A stretch of 43,680 nt of DNA from the IMG/VR virus record IMGVR_UViG_3300017694_000006, positions 1-43,680 of that record; one strand, given 5' to 3'. Each line of letters opens with the position of its first letter. Positions within the stretch are counted from its first letter, which is position 1. Below are positions 28,837-38,029 of the stretch, piece after piece. The translations under genes and the position numbers were made by a program. The notes below the pieces were generated by a model. That model had not been told where the DNA came from. It saw only the letters and a program-made list of their open reading frames with translations, and searched no databases. This DNA comes from a virus.

Positions 28837-31043
28837 TGAGCCTACGCTCTCGGGTCCTACCGACGATTGCCAACGGCATCTCGCGGCAGCCACCCATCCT
28901 CCGCTCAGCGGACCAGAACGAAGACGAGCTGAACACCTGGGTTAGATTGGTCGACGGCGTTGGCCGCAGGCCTCCGACGCAGCACATCGCTGAGATTGCA
29001 GACAGCCTCTCCGATGCGGCCTTCGTTCACCAGATCAACCGCGATACCACCGAGCGTTACCTCGTCATCATCGAAGGCGGGACGCTTAGGGTTTGGGATC
29101 AGCTAGACGGCTCCGCAGTGACCGTCGCGACCCCCGGCGGACTAGGGTACATCCAAGGTGACCCTTCGGACCTCCGCGCGTTCACCGTGGCGGACTACAC
29201 GTTCATCGTGAACACCCGTCAGGTTTGTGCCATGGCGGCGGTCGGTTCCGATGCGGAGCCTGCCCCTGACTATTACCGGATGCCCGCCAACCGGGTGCCG
29301 CGATACCGCAACGGCGAGTACGTCGAGCCGGTGGCCGATGACTACTACTCGGGCGGCACTTTCCAGTATCCCCCGAACCCGGCGCTGCCATCTGGCCTAA
29401 CCGGCGAGGTGCCCTCGGTCGAGAAGCTGCCGGAGACTGCCCCCGAAGGAGCGCTCTACCGCGTATCGGGATCGTCGACGGGGAACTTCACATCCTTCTA
29501 TGTCACCCGCAGGGGTGCCGTGTGGGACGAGTGTGTCGCGCCGGGCATTGCGAACGGCATCGATGCCCTGACCATGCCCCACTGCTTAATCCGCGAGGCG
29601 AACGGAACTTTCACGTTCGCGCCGTTCTCCTGGAGCCCACGCCGAGTGGGAGACGAGGGCACCAACGCGAAGCCAACCTTCGTGGGCCGCACCATCAACG
29701 GCCTGTTCTTCTACCAGAACCGCCTCGGCTTCCTGGCTGATGAGAACGTGATCTTCTCCGCCGCTGGCGACTTCGGAAACTTCTGGCGCAACACCGTCCT
29801 CGACTACATCGACAGCGATGTGGTGGACGTGGCGGCTTCGTCGACGGGTGCAGACGGCAAGGTCTCGATCCTCAGGAACGTCATTGCGTTCCAGGATGGC
29901 CTGCTGGTCTCCTCGGATCAGACCCAGTTCTCAGTCGCCAACGGCGAAGACGGGCTTACCCCTTCGTCGGTCGCGATCCGCGCCGTGACGCACTACGAGG
30001 TGAACAATCGCGTTCGCCCGGTGGCTGTGGGGACGGAGGTCTACTTCGTCTCTGACGGCTCCGGAGGCACCACGACATGGGAGTACAGCCGCCTTCAGGG
30101 CGCAGAAGCGACCAGCGCTGCTGACATCACCGCCCATGTAAAAGGGCTCATCCCCTCGGGCGTCCGCACGCTCACCGCCGCTCCCGACTTGAACGCGCTG
30201 TTCCTCGGGAACGGCACCGCTAAGATGTGGGTCTACCAGCTTTACTGGAACGGGAATGAGAAAATCCTCTCCAGCTGGCGGGTGTGGGAAATGCCCGGCG
30301 CTGTCCTGGCATCAACCTACCTGGACGGTCAGCTCTATCTGCTGATCCAACGGGACGGCAAGGTAAGCATCGAGAGGCTCGACCTCAGGATCGATGCGGT
30401 TCCCCAAGGTCAACTTGCGCCAGTCCATCTGGACCGCTTGGCGGCCCTCCAAGGAACCTACGATCCCGCAGCAAAGCGCACGCTGTTCACGCTGCCCTAT
30501 GCCGCAGCCCAAAGCCAACTCCGGATTGTACGCCCGGCCACTCATGAGCAGCTCCCAGGGAGCGCCATAGAGACTGCGCAGTTCATCTGGCACGGCCCGC
30601 GCGCGGTGTCGGTGGCAGGCAACGAAGCGGCAGGGATGGTGGTGGTAGGGGAAGCCTACAGAACCCATCTGACCTTCTCTCGGCAGTTCCCAGTGAACTA
30701 CCAAGGACAGCCGGTCACTACCGGACGGATGCAGCTTCGAACCTTCACGGTGAACTACTCGGCCACTGCGAGCTTCAACGCGGATGTGAGACCCTACGGA
30801 CCCCTTGGGCCAACCTCGCCGGTCGAGGTGTTCTCCAACAAGCACAGCCTGTTCACCGGGCGCATCCTTGGGGACGATGGGAACCGGCTGAACAGTCAGC
30901 CATATCCCACCGCGAGCTACACGTTCACCGTCTACGGGAACGCCGCTGACGCGCAAATCACCCTATGGACCGAAAGCCACACCCCCGCGACCTTCGTGTC
31001 TGCGGAATGGGAAGGATTTTACGTGAACAGGACGCAAGGATGA
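28836..31043 (+). CDS. Tail tubular protein B (T7 gp12-like)
   Basis: 735 aa. ATGA overlap with the gp11-like gene, synteny and size. Confidence 0.85.
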   Translation: MSLRSRVLPTIANGISRQPPILRSADQNEDELNTWVRLVDGVGRRPPTQHIAEIADSLSDAAFVHQINRDTTERYLVIIEGGTLRVWDQLDGSAVTVATPGGLGYIQGDPSDLRAFTVADYTFIVNTRQVCAMAAVGSDAEPAPDYYRMPANRVPRYRNGEYVEPVADDYYSGGTFQYPPNPALPSGLTGEVPSVEKLPETAPEGALYRVSGSSTGNFTSFYVTRRGAVWDECVAPGIANGIDALTMPHCLIREANGTFTFAPFSWSPRRVGDEGTNAKPTFVGRTINGLFFYQNRLGFLADENVIFSAAGDFGNFWRNTVLDYIDSDVVDVAASSTGADGKVSILRNVIAFQDGLLVSSDQTQFSVANGEDGLTPSSVAIRAVTHYEVNNRVRPVAVGTEVYFVSDGSGGTTTWEYSRLQGAEATSAADITAHVKGLIPSGVRTLTAAPDLNALFLGNGTAKMWVYQLYWNGNEKILSSWRVWEMPGAVLASTYLDGQLYLLIQRDGKVSIERLDLRIDAVPQGQLAPVHLDRLAALQGTYDPAAKRTLFTLPYAAAQSQLRIVRPATHEQLPGSAIETAQFIWHGPRAVSVAGNEAAGMVVVGEAYRTHLTFSRQFPVNYQGQPVTTGRMQLRTFTVNYSATASFNADVRPYGPLGPTSPVEVFSNKHSLFTGRILGDDGNRLNSQPYPTASYTFTVYGNAADAQITLWTESHTPATFVSAEWEGFYVNRTQG

Positions 31044-31519
31044 TCCAAGTCCACGACCTCCGTCAGGTCTCCCCGGAGACGGCGGGGGTCTGGGCGGATC
31101 ACCTATCGAAGAACCTGCGAGCCTGTGACCTCGACGAAATCGAGGCCATGGGTTCCGTCTCTGCTGAGGATGCACTCCGCGCCTCTGTAGAACTCTCGTC
31201 CCAGGCCTACGCGGTTCTGGATAGGGCCGGGGAGCCTGTCGCCATGTTCGGCGCTGCTCCCCACCCTTTGCCCGGAGTGGGCGTAGTTTGGATGCTAGGG
31301 ACGCCGGGCATCGAGCGGGAAGGTCGCGCCATCGCACGCGCCACCCGAACCTATTTTGACGAACTGAACGCCTCCTACAGCCTCCTCTGGAACTACATAG
31401 ACGCCCGCAACACCGCCTCGTTGCGGTGGCTTCGCTGGGGCGGGTTCCGGCTCCTGGGAGAGACTAAGTTCGGGACACATCCCTTCCACATATTCGCAAG
31501 GACGAACTACTCTGTGTGA
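31040..31519 (+). CDS. Internal virion / assembly protein in the gp13 position
   Basis: ATG 31040 in the frame of ORF-track 30965..31519, ATGA overlap with the gp12-like gene. C-terminal WNYIDARNTASLRWLRWGGF. Confidence 0.5.
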   Translation: MIQVHDLRQVSPETAGVWADHLSKNLRACDLDEIEAMGSVSAEDALRASVELSSQAYAVLDRAGEPVAMFGAAPHPLPGVGVVWMLGTPGIEREGRAIARATRTYFDELNASYSLLWNYIDARNTASLRWLRWGGFRLLGETKFGTHPFHIFARTNYSV

Positions 31520-31547
31520 TCCAGTAACGGCGGCGATAGTCGTCGGT

Positions 31548-31994
31548 GTGACGGCGGTCGCCAGTACGACTGCGAACGTCATCAGCCAAACCAAAGCGGC
31601 CAAGGCCCAGACCAAGGCCATCAACGCGCAACGCGAAGTCGTGCGCGAAGAGACCCGGCAGGAAGCCACGGGCAAGCTGTTCGATCAGATGCGCGCCACT
31701 CGAAGAGAGCAGGCCGCAATCCGCACAGCGGGCGGCGAGGCCGGGCTTTCCCTATCGTCAGGAGGCTCCATCGAGAACCTCCTCCTGGACAGCGCCATGC
31801 AGTCCGAGATGTCGAACGACCGCACCATTGCGAACATGGAGAGCAGCCACCGCGCCAACGAAGCGCAGGCGGACTCCATGCTTTCCAAAATCCAGAAGCC
31901 AACGGCCCTCGGTGCCGGGCTCCAGATTGCCTCGACCGCCGCAAGCGCGTGGTCTGGCGCTCAGGACGCAAAGATAAGGAAGAACGGTGGCTGA
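31548..31994 (+). CDS. Internal virion protein B (T7 gp14-like)
   Basis: GTG start per the ORF track. The frame is open upstream to 31512, and CDPVTAAIVVGVTAV resembles the recollected T7 gp14 N-terminus MCWAAAIPIAIS. Confidence 0.65.
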   Translation: MTAVASTTANVISQTKAAKAQTKAINAQREVVREETRQEATGKLFDQMRATRREQAAIRTAGGEAGLSLSSGGSIENLLLDSAMQSEMSNDRTIANMESSHRANEAQADSMLSKIQKPTALGAGLQIASTAASAWSGAQDAKIRKNGG

Positions 31995-34275
31995 CCTCGC
32001 AACTACGAAGCTGCGGCGGGAGTCCATCGACAAGGTGGTCGACCGTCGCTCTGGAGTTATCGACTCTCGCCGTGATACCCGGCAGCCTGCCTTCCAAGGT
32101 TCGGCTACCATGGGGAGCGCATCGCGCGGAGACGGCGGCGCTGAGGAATTGCGCCGCGTTCTGGGCATGGCTCAGAAGACTGCAGGCGACTTCCAGGGAT
32201 ACGCCGAGAATAGCTTCAAGAAGGAGGAGACGGCGAACGCCGCTCAAGGCTCCATCGACAACGCCACAGGCCACGTCGACGCCGAGCTGGAGAGAAAGTC
32301 GTACTCCTACCGCAACTCGGTCGCCCTAGGGCGCACCATGACGTCCTTCCAGTCTGGCCTTCAGGACCTCGACAAGTCCCTCCGAGGCACCATCGAGTCC
32401 CAAGATGACCCCGACCTTGCCACCCGGCAAACCCAGGTCAAAGGCCAGATCGACCAATACTTCCGCGACTTCGCAATGGACCCCGAGACGGGGGAGCTGA
32501 AGAGCTTCCTCGCTACCCCGGAGGCCAAGCGGTGGCTCGCAGGTTCCATGGCGGACACTCGGTCGAAGCTGGAAGGCAACGCGCTCTCCCGCATCGAAGA
32601 GCGGTTCAAGGGCGAGGCCCTGACGCACGCCAGCACCATCCTGGGTTCGCAGATTGACGCGGGCAACATCGATGTCGCAGGGCTGCGCAAGCTGGTCCCT
32701 GAGACGGTTACCGACGACGAGCTGCGCGGAACTCTCATTACCACGTTCCAAGGCAAGGCCGAGCAGCTGAAGGCTGACGGCAAGTTCGAGGATGCGATCC
32801 GCACCGTGAACCAGCTACTGGGTGACGGCGCGAGCCCCACGGGCCCCACAGGCATCCTTCCGGTCGACCCCGACGCCGCCATCGGTCTCACTGTCCCAGG
32901 GGCCCCGGCTCCGGTCGGCAGAACCACAGGACCCCTGACGGTCACCAAGCGGCGCACGCAATCCCAGGTCATCGGCTTCGTGCTGAACGACCTCGAAGGC
33001 GGGGCGCAGGTGGTGAACAATCGCGACGGGGGCGGCACGACCAAGTTCGGCATCACCAAGCGAAACAACCCCGACGTAGACGTCGCCAACCTGACGCTCG
33101 CGCAAGCGAGCAGCATCGCCAAGGACCGCTACTGGCAACCTGCCTACGACGACGCCCATCCGGCGGTCGCGGCTATCGCCTTCGACGCGGGGTTCATCAA
33201 CTCCAAGTCGTTCGCGCGAGAGATTGCCACCAAGTACCGCAACGATCCCGTGGGTGCCCTAAACGCCTACCGAGGTCGCCTGCAGGCCATTGCGCAGAAG
33301 CCCGACAAGGCTCGCTTCCTGCGCCCTTGGATGAACCGGGTCGACCACCTGGGCAAGTACCTGGGCGTTGGTCCGGGCGGGCAAGGCTCGGACAACGTCA
33401 TCGACGATCCGTCCTTTGCTCTCGATCCAGAGCCCCTCGATCCCGTGGAAGCTGCTCGGCAGAACCCCGGCGTATCGCTGGCACCGCAGATGACCGGCGG
33501 TCTCGCGCTAAGACCCGAGGAGCGCACGAAGCTCTTGGAGTACCGCGACCAGCTGGGCCGAGAGGTCAAGCAGGAGTGGACGCGCAAGACCAACGAACAG
33601 CAGGACGAGGCGGCGAACAGCTACCTACTCCGCATGTCCGGCCTTGGCGCTCCGGTGACCCCGAGCGAAATCGCAGAGGCATCCCGCCGACGCGAGATTG
33701 ACCCTCGGCAAACCCGCCAGCTCCTCGACGTGATCCGTCAGGACGCGGACAGGGACGAAGCGCGGGCTGAGCGTGCATCCAACGAAGCCGACCGCGACCG
33801 CGACAAGGCGGACGAGGAGCAGGCACAGGGTATAGTCGCGAGCATCATGGGGCCGGTGTATTCCGGCACCCGCTCGCCGGGCGAGGCGCTACGTCAGTTC
33901 GGCTCACAAGCTGCCTCACTGGACCCTAAGGTCCGCCGGGCGGTGATGGGTGCCATGACGGCTGAAGCCAACGGGATCGAGGAGGTTCGCAAGAACAACC
34001 CAGCCCTGCGCGCCGCTACGGACAGCCTGGACGATGCCGAGCAGGAAGCGCTTCGTCGCGTCTCGCGCAACTATCGCGATCCCCGCACGGGGCGGGCGAT
34101 CACTGCGGAGCAGCAGCGGGCTATCATCTCGCTTCAGTTCCAAAAGGCGAAGCGCACGCTCTTCCAGACGGCCATCGACAAGGGCGACATCGCCAACCTG
34201 CCAGAGCAGCTGAACCGGCAGATTGCCGGAAAGATCAGGCCCTACATCGTCGCACCTACGCGACCCCGCAGATAA
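31987..34275 (+). CDS. Internal core protein (gp15 position) carrying a GH108-like muramidase domain
   Basis: GTG start after AAGGAAG. LNDLEGGAQVVNNRDGGGTTKFGITKRN...LTLAQASSIAKDRYWQP...IAFDAGFIN matches the EGG...GG.T.yGIT...YW...fD pattern of glycoside hydrolase family 108. Confidence 0.75.
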   Translation: MADLATTKLRRESIDKVVDRRSGVIDSRRDTRQPAFQGSATMGSASRGDGGAEELRRVLGMAQKTAGDFQGYAENSFKKEETANAAQGSIDNATGHVDAELERKSYSYRNSVALGRTMTSFQSGLQDLDKSLRGTIESQDDPDLATRQTQVKGQIDQYFRDFAMDPETGELKSFLATPEAKRWLAGSMADTRSKLEGNALSRIEERFKGEALTHASTILGSQIDAGNIDVAGLRKLVPETVTDDELRGTLITTFQGKAEQLKADGKFEDAIRTVNQLLGDGASPTGPTGILPVDPDAAIGLTVPGAPAPVGRTTGPLTVTKRRTQSQVIGFVLNDLEGGAQVVNNRDGGGTTKFGITKRNNPDVDVANLTLAQASSIAKDRYWQPAYDDAHPAVAAIAFDAGFINSKSFAREIATKYRNDPVGALNAYRGRLQAIAQKPDKARFLRPWMNRVDHLGKYLGVGPGGQGSDNVIDDPSFALDPEPLDPVEAARQNPGVSLAPQMTGGLALRPEERTKLLEYRDQLGREVKQEWTRKTNEQQDEAANSYLLRMSGLGAPVTPSEIAEASRRREIDPRQTRQLLDVIRQDADRDEARAERASNEADRDRDKADEEQAQGIVASIMGPVYSGTRSPGEALRQFGSQAASLDPKVRRAVMGAMTAEANGIEEVRKNNPALRAATDSLDDAEQEALRRVSRNYRDPRTGRAITAEQQRAIISLQFQKAKRTLFQTAIDKGDIANLPEQLNRQIAGKIRPYIVAPTRPRR

Positions 34276-34287
34276 CCAAGGGAACCC

Positions 34288-37200
34288 ATGAGCGACCTAG
34301 ACACACTCTTCGCGGAAGCGGATGGCGCTGAGGCCGAGCCGCAGACCGAGCAGAGGCCTGTTGAGCCGCGCACGGGTTCCCGCAATCGGGTCAAGACCGA
34401 CACCGCAGGCAGCTTCGTTTACGGCGCTGCCGACACGGTGACCTTCGGCTTCCTCGACGAACTCGGGGCAGGGGCCGACTGGCTCCTCCTGGGCAAGGAC
34501 TACGACAAGGCGCTGGCGGATAACCGTCAGGCGCTTGCGGACATCCGCGAGGATCACACCGGCTCCTTCGTCTCCGGCCAGCTCGCTGGTGGCTTCCTGC
34601 CCGTACTGGGCTGGGGAGGGCGCGTGAAGGCAGCCGCGACGGCGCGAGGGTTGACCTCGGGCGTGAAGGGCATGGTGGTAGCCGGGGGCGTGCAAGGCGC
34701 GCTCTACGGCGCTGGGTCTGCCGATGGCGACCTGAAGAGCCGCCTCTTGGGCGCAGCCTCGGGCGGCGCTCTAGGCGCGGCAGGCGGCTACGTCCTTGGC
34801 GCTACGATCATACCCGCAGCCAAGTGGGGAGCCGGAGCAACCCGCGACTTCCTGGCGATGCGCTACGGACGCACTCCGCGTCTAACCTCAGCCATCACCC
34901 CGGCGCGCATCGAGCGCGCTGCAGATGGCGTTGCAGAGGACCTGACGGCTGCCCGCGTGGAAGCCCGAGGTCGCCCTGTGCAGGGAACCCGCGAAGCGGG
35001 AACACCAGCACCGACGCTCAACCGCCTCACCGGCCAAGCCGACGATGTCCTGGAAGACGGCGCTATCCTAACCACGCGCGAGCTGGTCGGGGAGGCATCG
35101 GTCGCCCGAAAGGCGATCCAGGAGCGCGTAGATAAGATGACGGTGCAGCAGGCCCAGCGATGGGCGCAGCGCCTGGAGAACGCGGAGCTGGACGGGGGCG
35201 TCATCGACGACCCTCACTACCGCTCACTTCTGGGGCTCGACGCAACCGACCACGGCCTCGATGCCGATGGTGCCAAGCGCGCTGCCAATCTCCTGGAGGA
35301 GGCCACAGAGGCCGTCCTAGAGAAGGCAGGCCTGGGTGCCAAGACGACCAGACAGCAGGACAATGCGTTCCGCGAAGCCTACGGCGCTGGGGTCACCGAA
35401 GCGGATACCGCAGAGGCCCTAGAGCGCACACAGAAGGCCGTCACCGATGGCCGCATCGGCGGACATCAGCAGATGCTGGCCGCGCTGCAGTTTACTCGGG
35501 CCAAGGACAAGTACCTGCCGGAGATACTGAAGGGGAACCCAGAGGCCCGCGAGGGTCTCTTGGACGAACTCTCCAAGGCCATTCGCATCCACGCCGAGGG
35601 CACCGCCATCAAGGCGCAGATTGCCCGAGGTCTCGCGGACATGCGTTGGCACAAGGGGAAGCTCGCGTTCGCGGAAATCCGTGACGACGTCCTCCACGTC
35701 GAGACGCAAGAGAGCATCCGCAATAAGGTCGACGCCTCGCTCAAGGAGCTGGGCGAGGGCGAGTTCGCGGACCTCATGTCCAAGCTGCACAACCTCGACG
35801 ACCTCGACCGCGTCCAGCAGGTTCTACTGAACCCCGCTGAGGCATCCGCTCTTTCGACGTGGCGGCGCACGCTCAACACTCTATCGTCCTTCATCAAGTC
35901 GAACTCGCTGACACCGGCCTCTGGCCTGTTCAACACCATCGGCTTCATGACCCACGACTTCTTCCGCAACGACGCCGCCAAGCGGTGGGCAGCGCGGAAC
36001 TTCGAGCTGGCCGGTAAGGCCGACGAGGCGCTCGCGCTTCGGTTCGAGCTGGACGTGGGTCGCCGGGTCTACATGACGGCGCACAAGCGCGGCATCCGTG
36101 CCGCCATGGACCGCGTCAAGTGGGAGTGGTGGTCGGACGTCGAGCGCATCGCGTCAACGGGCTTGGGCGCTAACAGCCCACAGGCGCTTAAAGCCTCTGC
36201 TTCGAAACTAGCCATGATTGAGCGTGGCTTCCGAGCCCCTGACGTCAGAGAGTTTGAGGACAAAGCTCGGCTCAACGTCACCAACTTAACGGCCTTTGAC
36301 AAGAGGATGGAGGAGGTCGCAGGAGGGTCCTTTGGCTACCTTTTGGAGACGCTCCACCGCTCCCGAGCGTCCCTAGGCAACATTGTAGACGCTGCAGGCA
36401 CTGCGACGGCTAAGGTCGTGGCGGGGGGGCTGGACGACTGGGGCAGGGCCTTTGTGAAGACGAAGGAAACCTACGCTTTGGCTGCTCGCTACGCGGTTCG
36501 CGAGACAATGCAGCTCGGCCTACCCGTGAAGGAGACGCTGGAACTGGCGCAGAAGCGCGCCGTGCAACTGGCCGAGATGCCGCCAAAGGAATTGCTCGAT
36601 CAGGTCGAAGAGGCGCTGTTGACCAAGGGCGACCTGCCGGAGGAACTCAAGTTCACCTTAGGCCTATCTCAGCAAGCCGAAAAGGAAGCCGAGCGCGTCC
36701 TGTTCATGGACGGCCCGCAAACCAAGTACGGTCGCGTAGCTACCGACGCGGCCAAGGGTATAGACAAGGTATTCTCCCTCGGCACCGTCGAGGGGATGCT
36801 GATGACCTACGTCCGCACCCCTGTACGCATTTTCGAGCGCGGTATGGTTTCCTACACGCCTTGGGGAACCAAGGCAAAGGAGGTCCAGGAAATCCTCGCC
36901 AAGGGCGGGATGGAGGCCGAAATTGAGAGGGCCCGTATGGAGCTGGGCTCGATGGTCATGGGCATGGGCGCTACGCTCGCTGCTGCCGGTGCAATCACGC
37001 TAACCAACGGCGGGTACGACAACTCCGCCAACTTGAGGGGGGCTCCTCCTGGACGTCTAAATCTACCTGGGGGATACTATGTCGAAATCGGCAGGCTCGA
37101 TCCGTTCGCCCTTACGCTCGCCTTGGGCGGGTTTGTGGGGCAGGCGTACAAGGCCTACCAGGACGCAGGGACGCATGGCGAGGAGCATGAGGAGGCTTTG

Positions 37201-37983
37201 GCCACCGCGCTTCAGATAGGCTTCCTAGCGGCCCGTGAGGGCATCCTGGAGAAGACCTACGTCACTGGCGTGCGCGACATGCTGAAGTCCGTGTTCTCCG
37301 ATCAGGAGGAGGGCTTGGTCGCCGGTTACGAGAAGGCGGTCATGAGCGCGTTCACCCGCGCGATCCCTCTCTCAGGAACAAGCAGAACCATCAACGACAC
37401 CGTGCGGTCCTCCGCACCCGAGGCTGTGAGCTGGATGGACAACATCCTGCGCGCGGTTCCCGGCGGCGGTCTAGTGCTGCCCTCCCGCATCGACCCCTTG
37501 GGTAACGAGGTGGAAGGCAGAGACGGCGGGGTCTCCTTTGGGTCGACCCGCGACGTTGATCCGGTGACCTCTCAGCTGGCCGATCTTGGCATCGATATCC
37601 AGACTCTCAAGAAGGCTGACCCTTCCGGGTTTAAGCTGACTGCGGAGGAGGTGTCGGAGCTGCGGCGGCTTAGGGGAACGGAGGCGCTTAATGCTGACGG
37701 AGAGACCATGAAGGACGCTCTAGCGCGCCTCATGGATGACCCCTGGTTCCAGCAGCTGCCCTCCAAGGAGCAGAAGCAGGACGAAGTTGTCAGCCTCATG
37801 GCCGACTTCAACAAGCCCGCACGCGAACTCCTGATGGAACGCAATCCGACCTACGCTGCCGACAAGGCCGCTATGAAGTCGCTCTCCGACTACATGGCGG
37901 AGGGCATGTCCCGCAAGGACGCAGCGACCTACGCCCGTGAGGATACCCTCGCGGAGGGCCTGCCGGAGCCTTCCAGGCTCTAA
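34288..37983 (+). CDS. Large internal core / ejection protein (gp16 position)
   Basis: 1231 aa. Called from synteny and size, with no lytic transglycosylase motif noticed at the N-terminus. Confidence 0.75.
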   Translation: MSDLDTLFAEADGAEAEPQTEQRPVEPRTGSRNRVKTDTAGSFVYGAADTVTFGFLDELGAGADWLLLGKDYDKALADNRQALADIREDHTGSFVSGQLAGGFLPVLGWGGRVKAAATARGLTSGVKGMVVAGGVQGALYGAGSADGDLKSRLLGAASGGALGAAGGYVLGATIIPAAKWGAGATRDFLAMRYGRTPRLTSAITPARIERAADGVAEDLTAARVEARGRPVQGTREAGTPAPTLNRLTGQADDVLEDGAILTTRELVGEASVARKAIQERVDKMTVQQAQRWAQRLENAELDGGVIDDPHYRSLLGLDATDHGLDADGAKRAANLLEEATEAVLEKAGLGAKTTRQQDNAFREAYGAGVTEADTAEALERTQKAVTDGRIGGHQQMLAALQFTRAKDKYLPEILKGNPEAREGLLDELSKAIRIHAEGTAIKAQIARGLADMRWHKGKLAFAEIRDDVLHVETQESIRNKVDASLKELGEGEFADLMSKLHNLDDLDRVQQVLLNPAEASALSTWRRTLNTLSSFIKSNSLTPASGLFNTIGFMTHDFFRNDAAKRWAARNFELAGKADEALALRFELDVGRRVYMTAHKRGIRAAMDRVKWEWWSDVERIASTGLGANSPQALKASASKLAMIERGFRAPDVREFEDKARLNVTNLTAFDKRMEEVAGGSFGYLLETLHRSRASLGNIVDAAGTATAKVVAGGLDDWGRAFVKTKETYALAARYAVRETMQLGLPVKETLELAQKRAVQLAEMPPKELLDQVEEALLTKGDLPEELKFTLGLSQQAEKEAERVLFMDGPQTKYGRVATDAAKGIDKVFSLGTVEGMLMTYVRTPVRIFERGMVSYTPWGTKAKEVQEILAKGGMEAEIERARMELGSMVMGMGATLAAAGAITLTNGGYDNSANLRGAPPGRLNLPGGYYVEIGRLDPFALTLALGGFVGQAYKAYQDAGTHGEEHEEALATALQIGFLAAREGILEKTYVTGVRDMLKSVFSDQEEGLVAGYEKAVMSAFTRAIPLSGTSRTINDTVRSSAPEAVSWMDNILRAVPGGGLVLPSRIDPLGNEVEGRDGGVSFGSTRDVDPVTSQLADLGIDIQTLKKADPSGFKLTAEEVSELRRLRGTEALNADGETMKDALARLMDDPWFQQLPSKEQKQDEVVSLMADFNKPARELLMERNPTYAADKAAMKSLSDYMAEGMSRKDAATYAREDTLAEGLPEPSRL

Positions 37984-38029
37984 CCACGGAGGGGGCCCAG
38001 GTCCCCTCCATCCCCTTCCAAGGAGCCTG

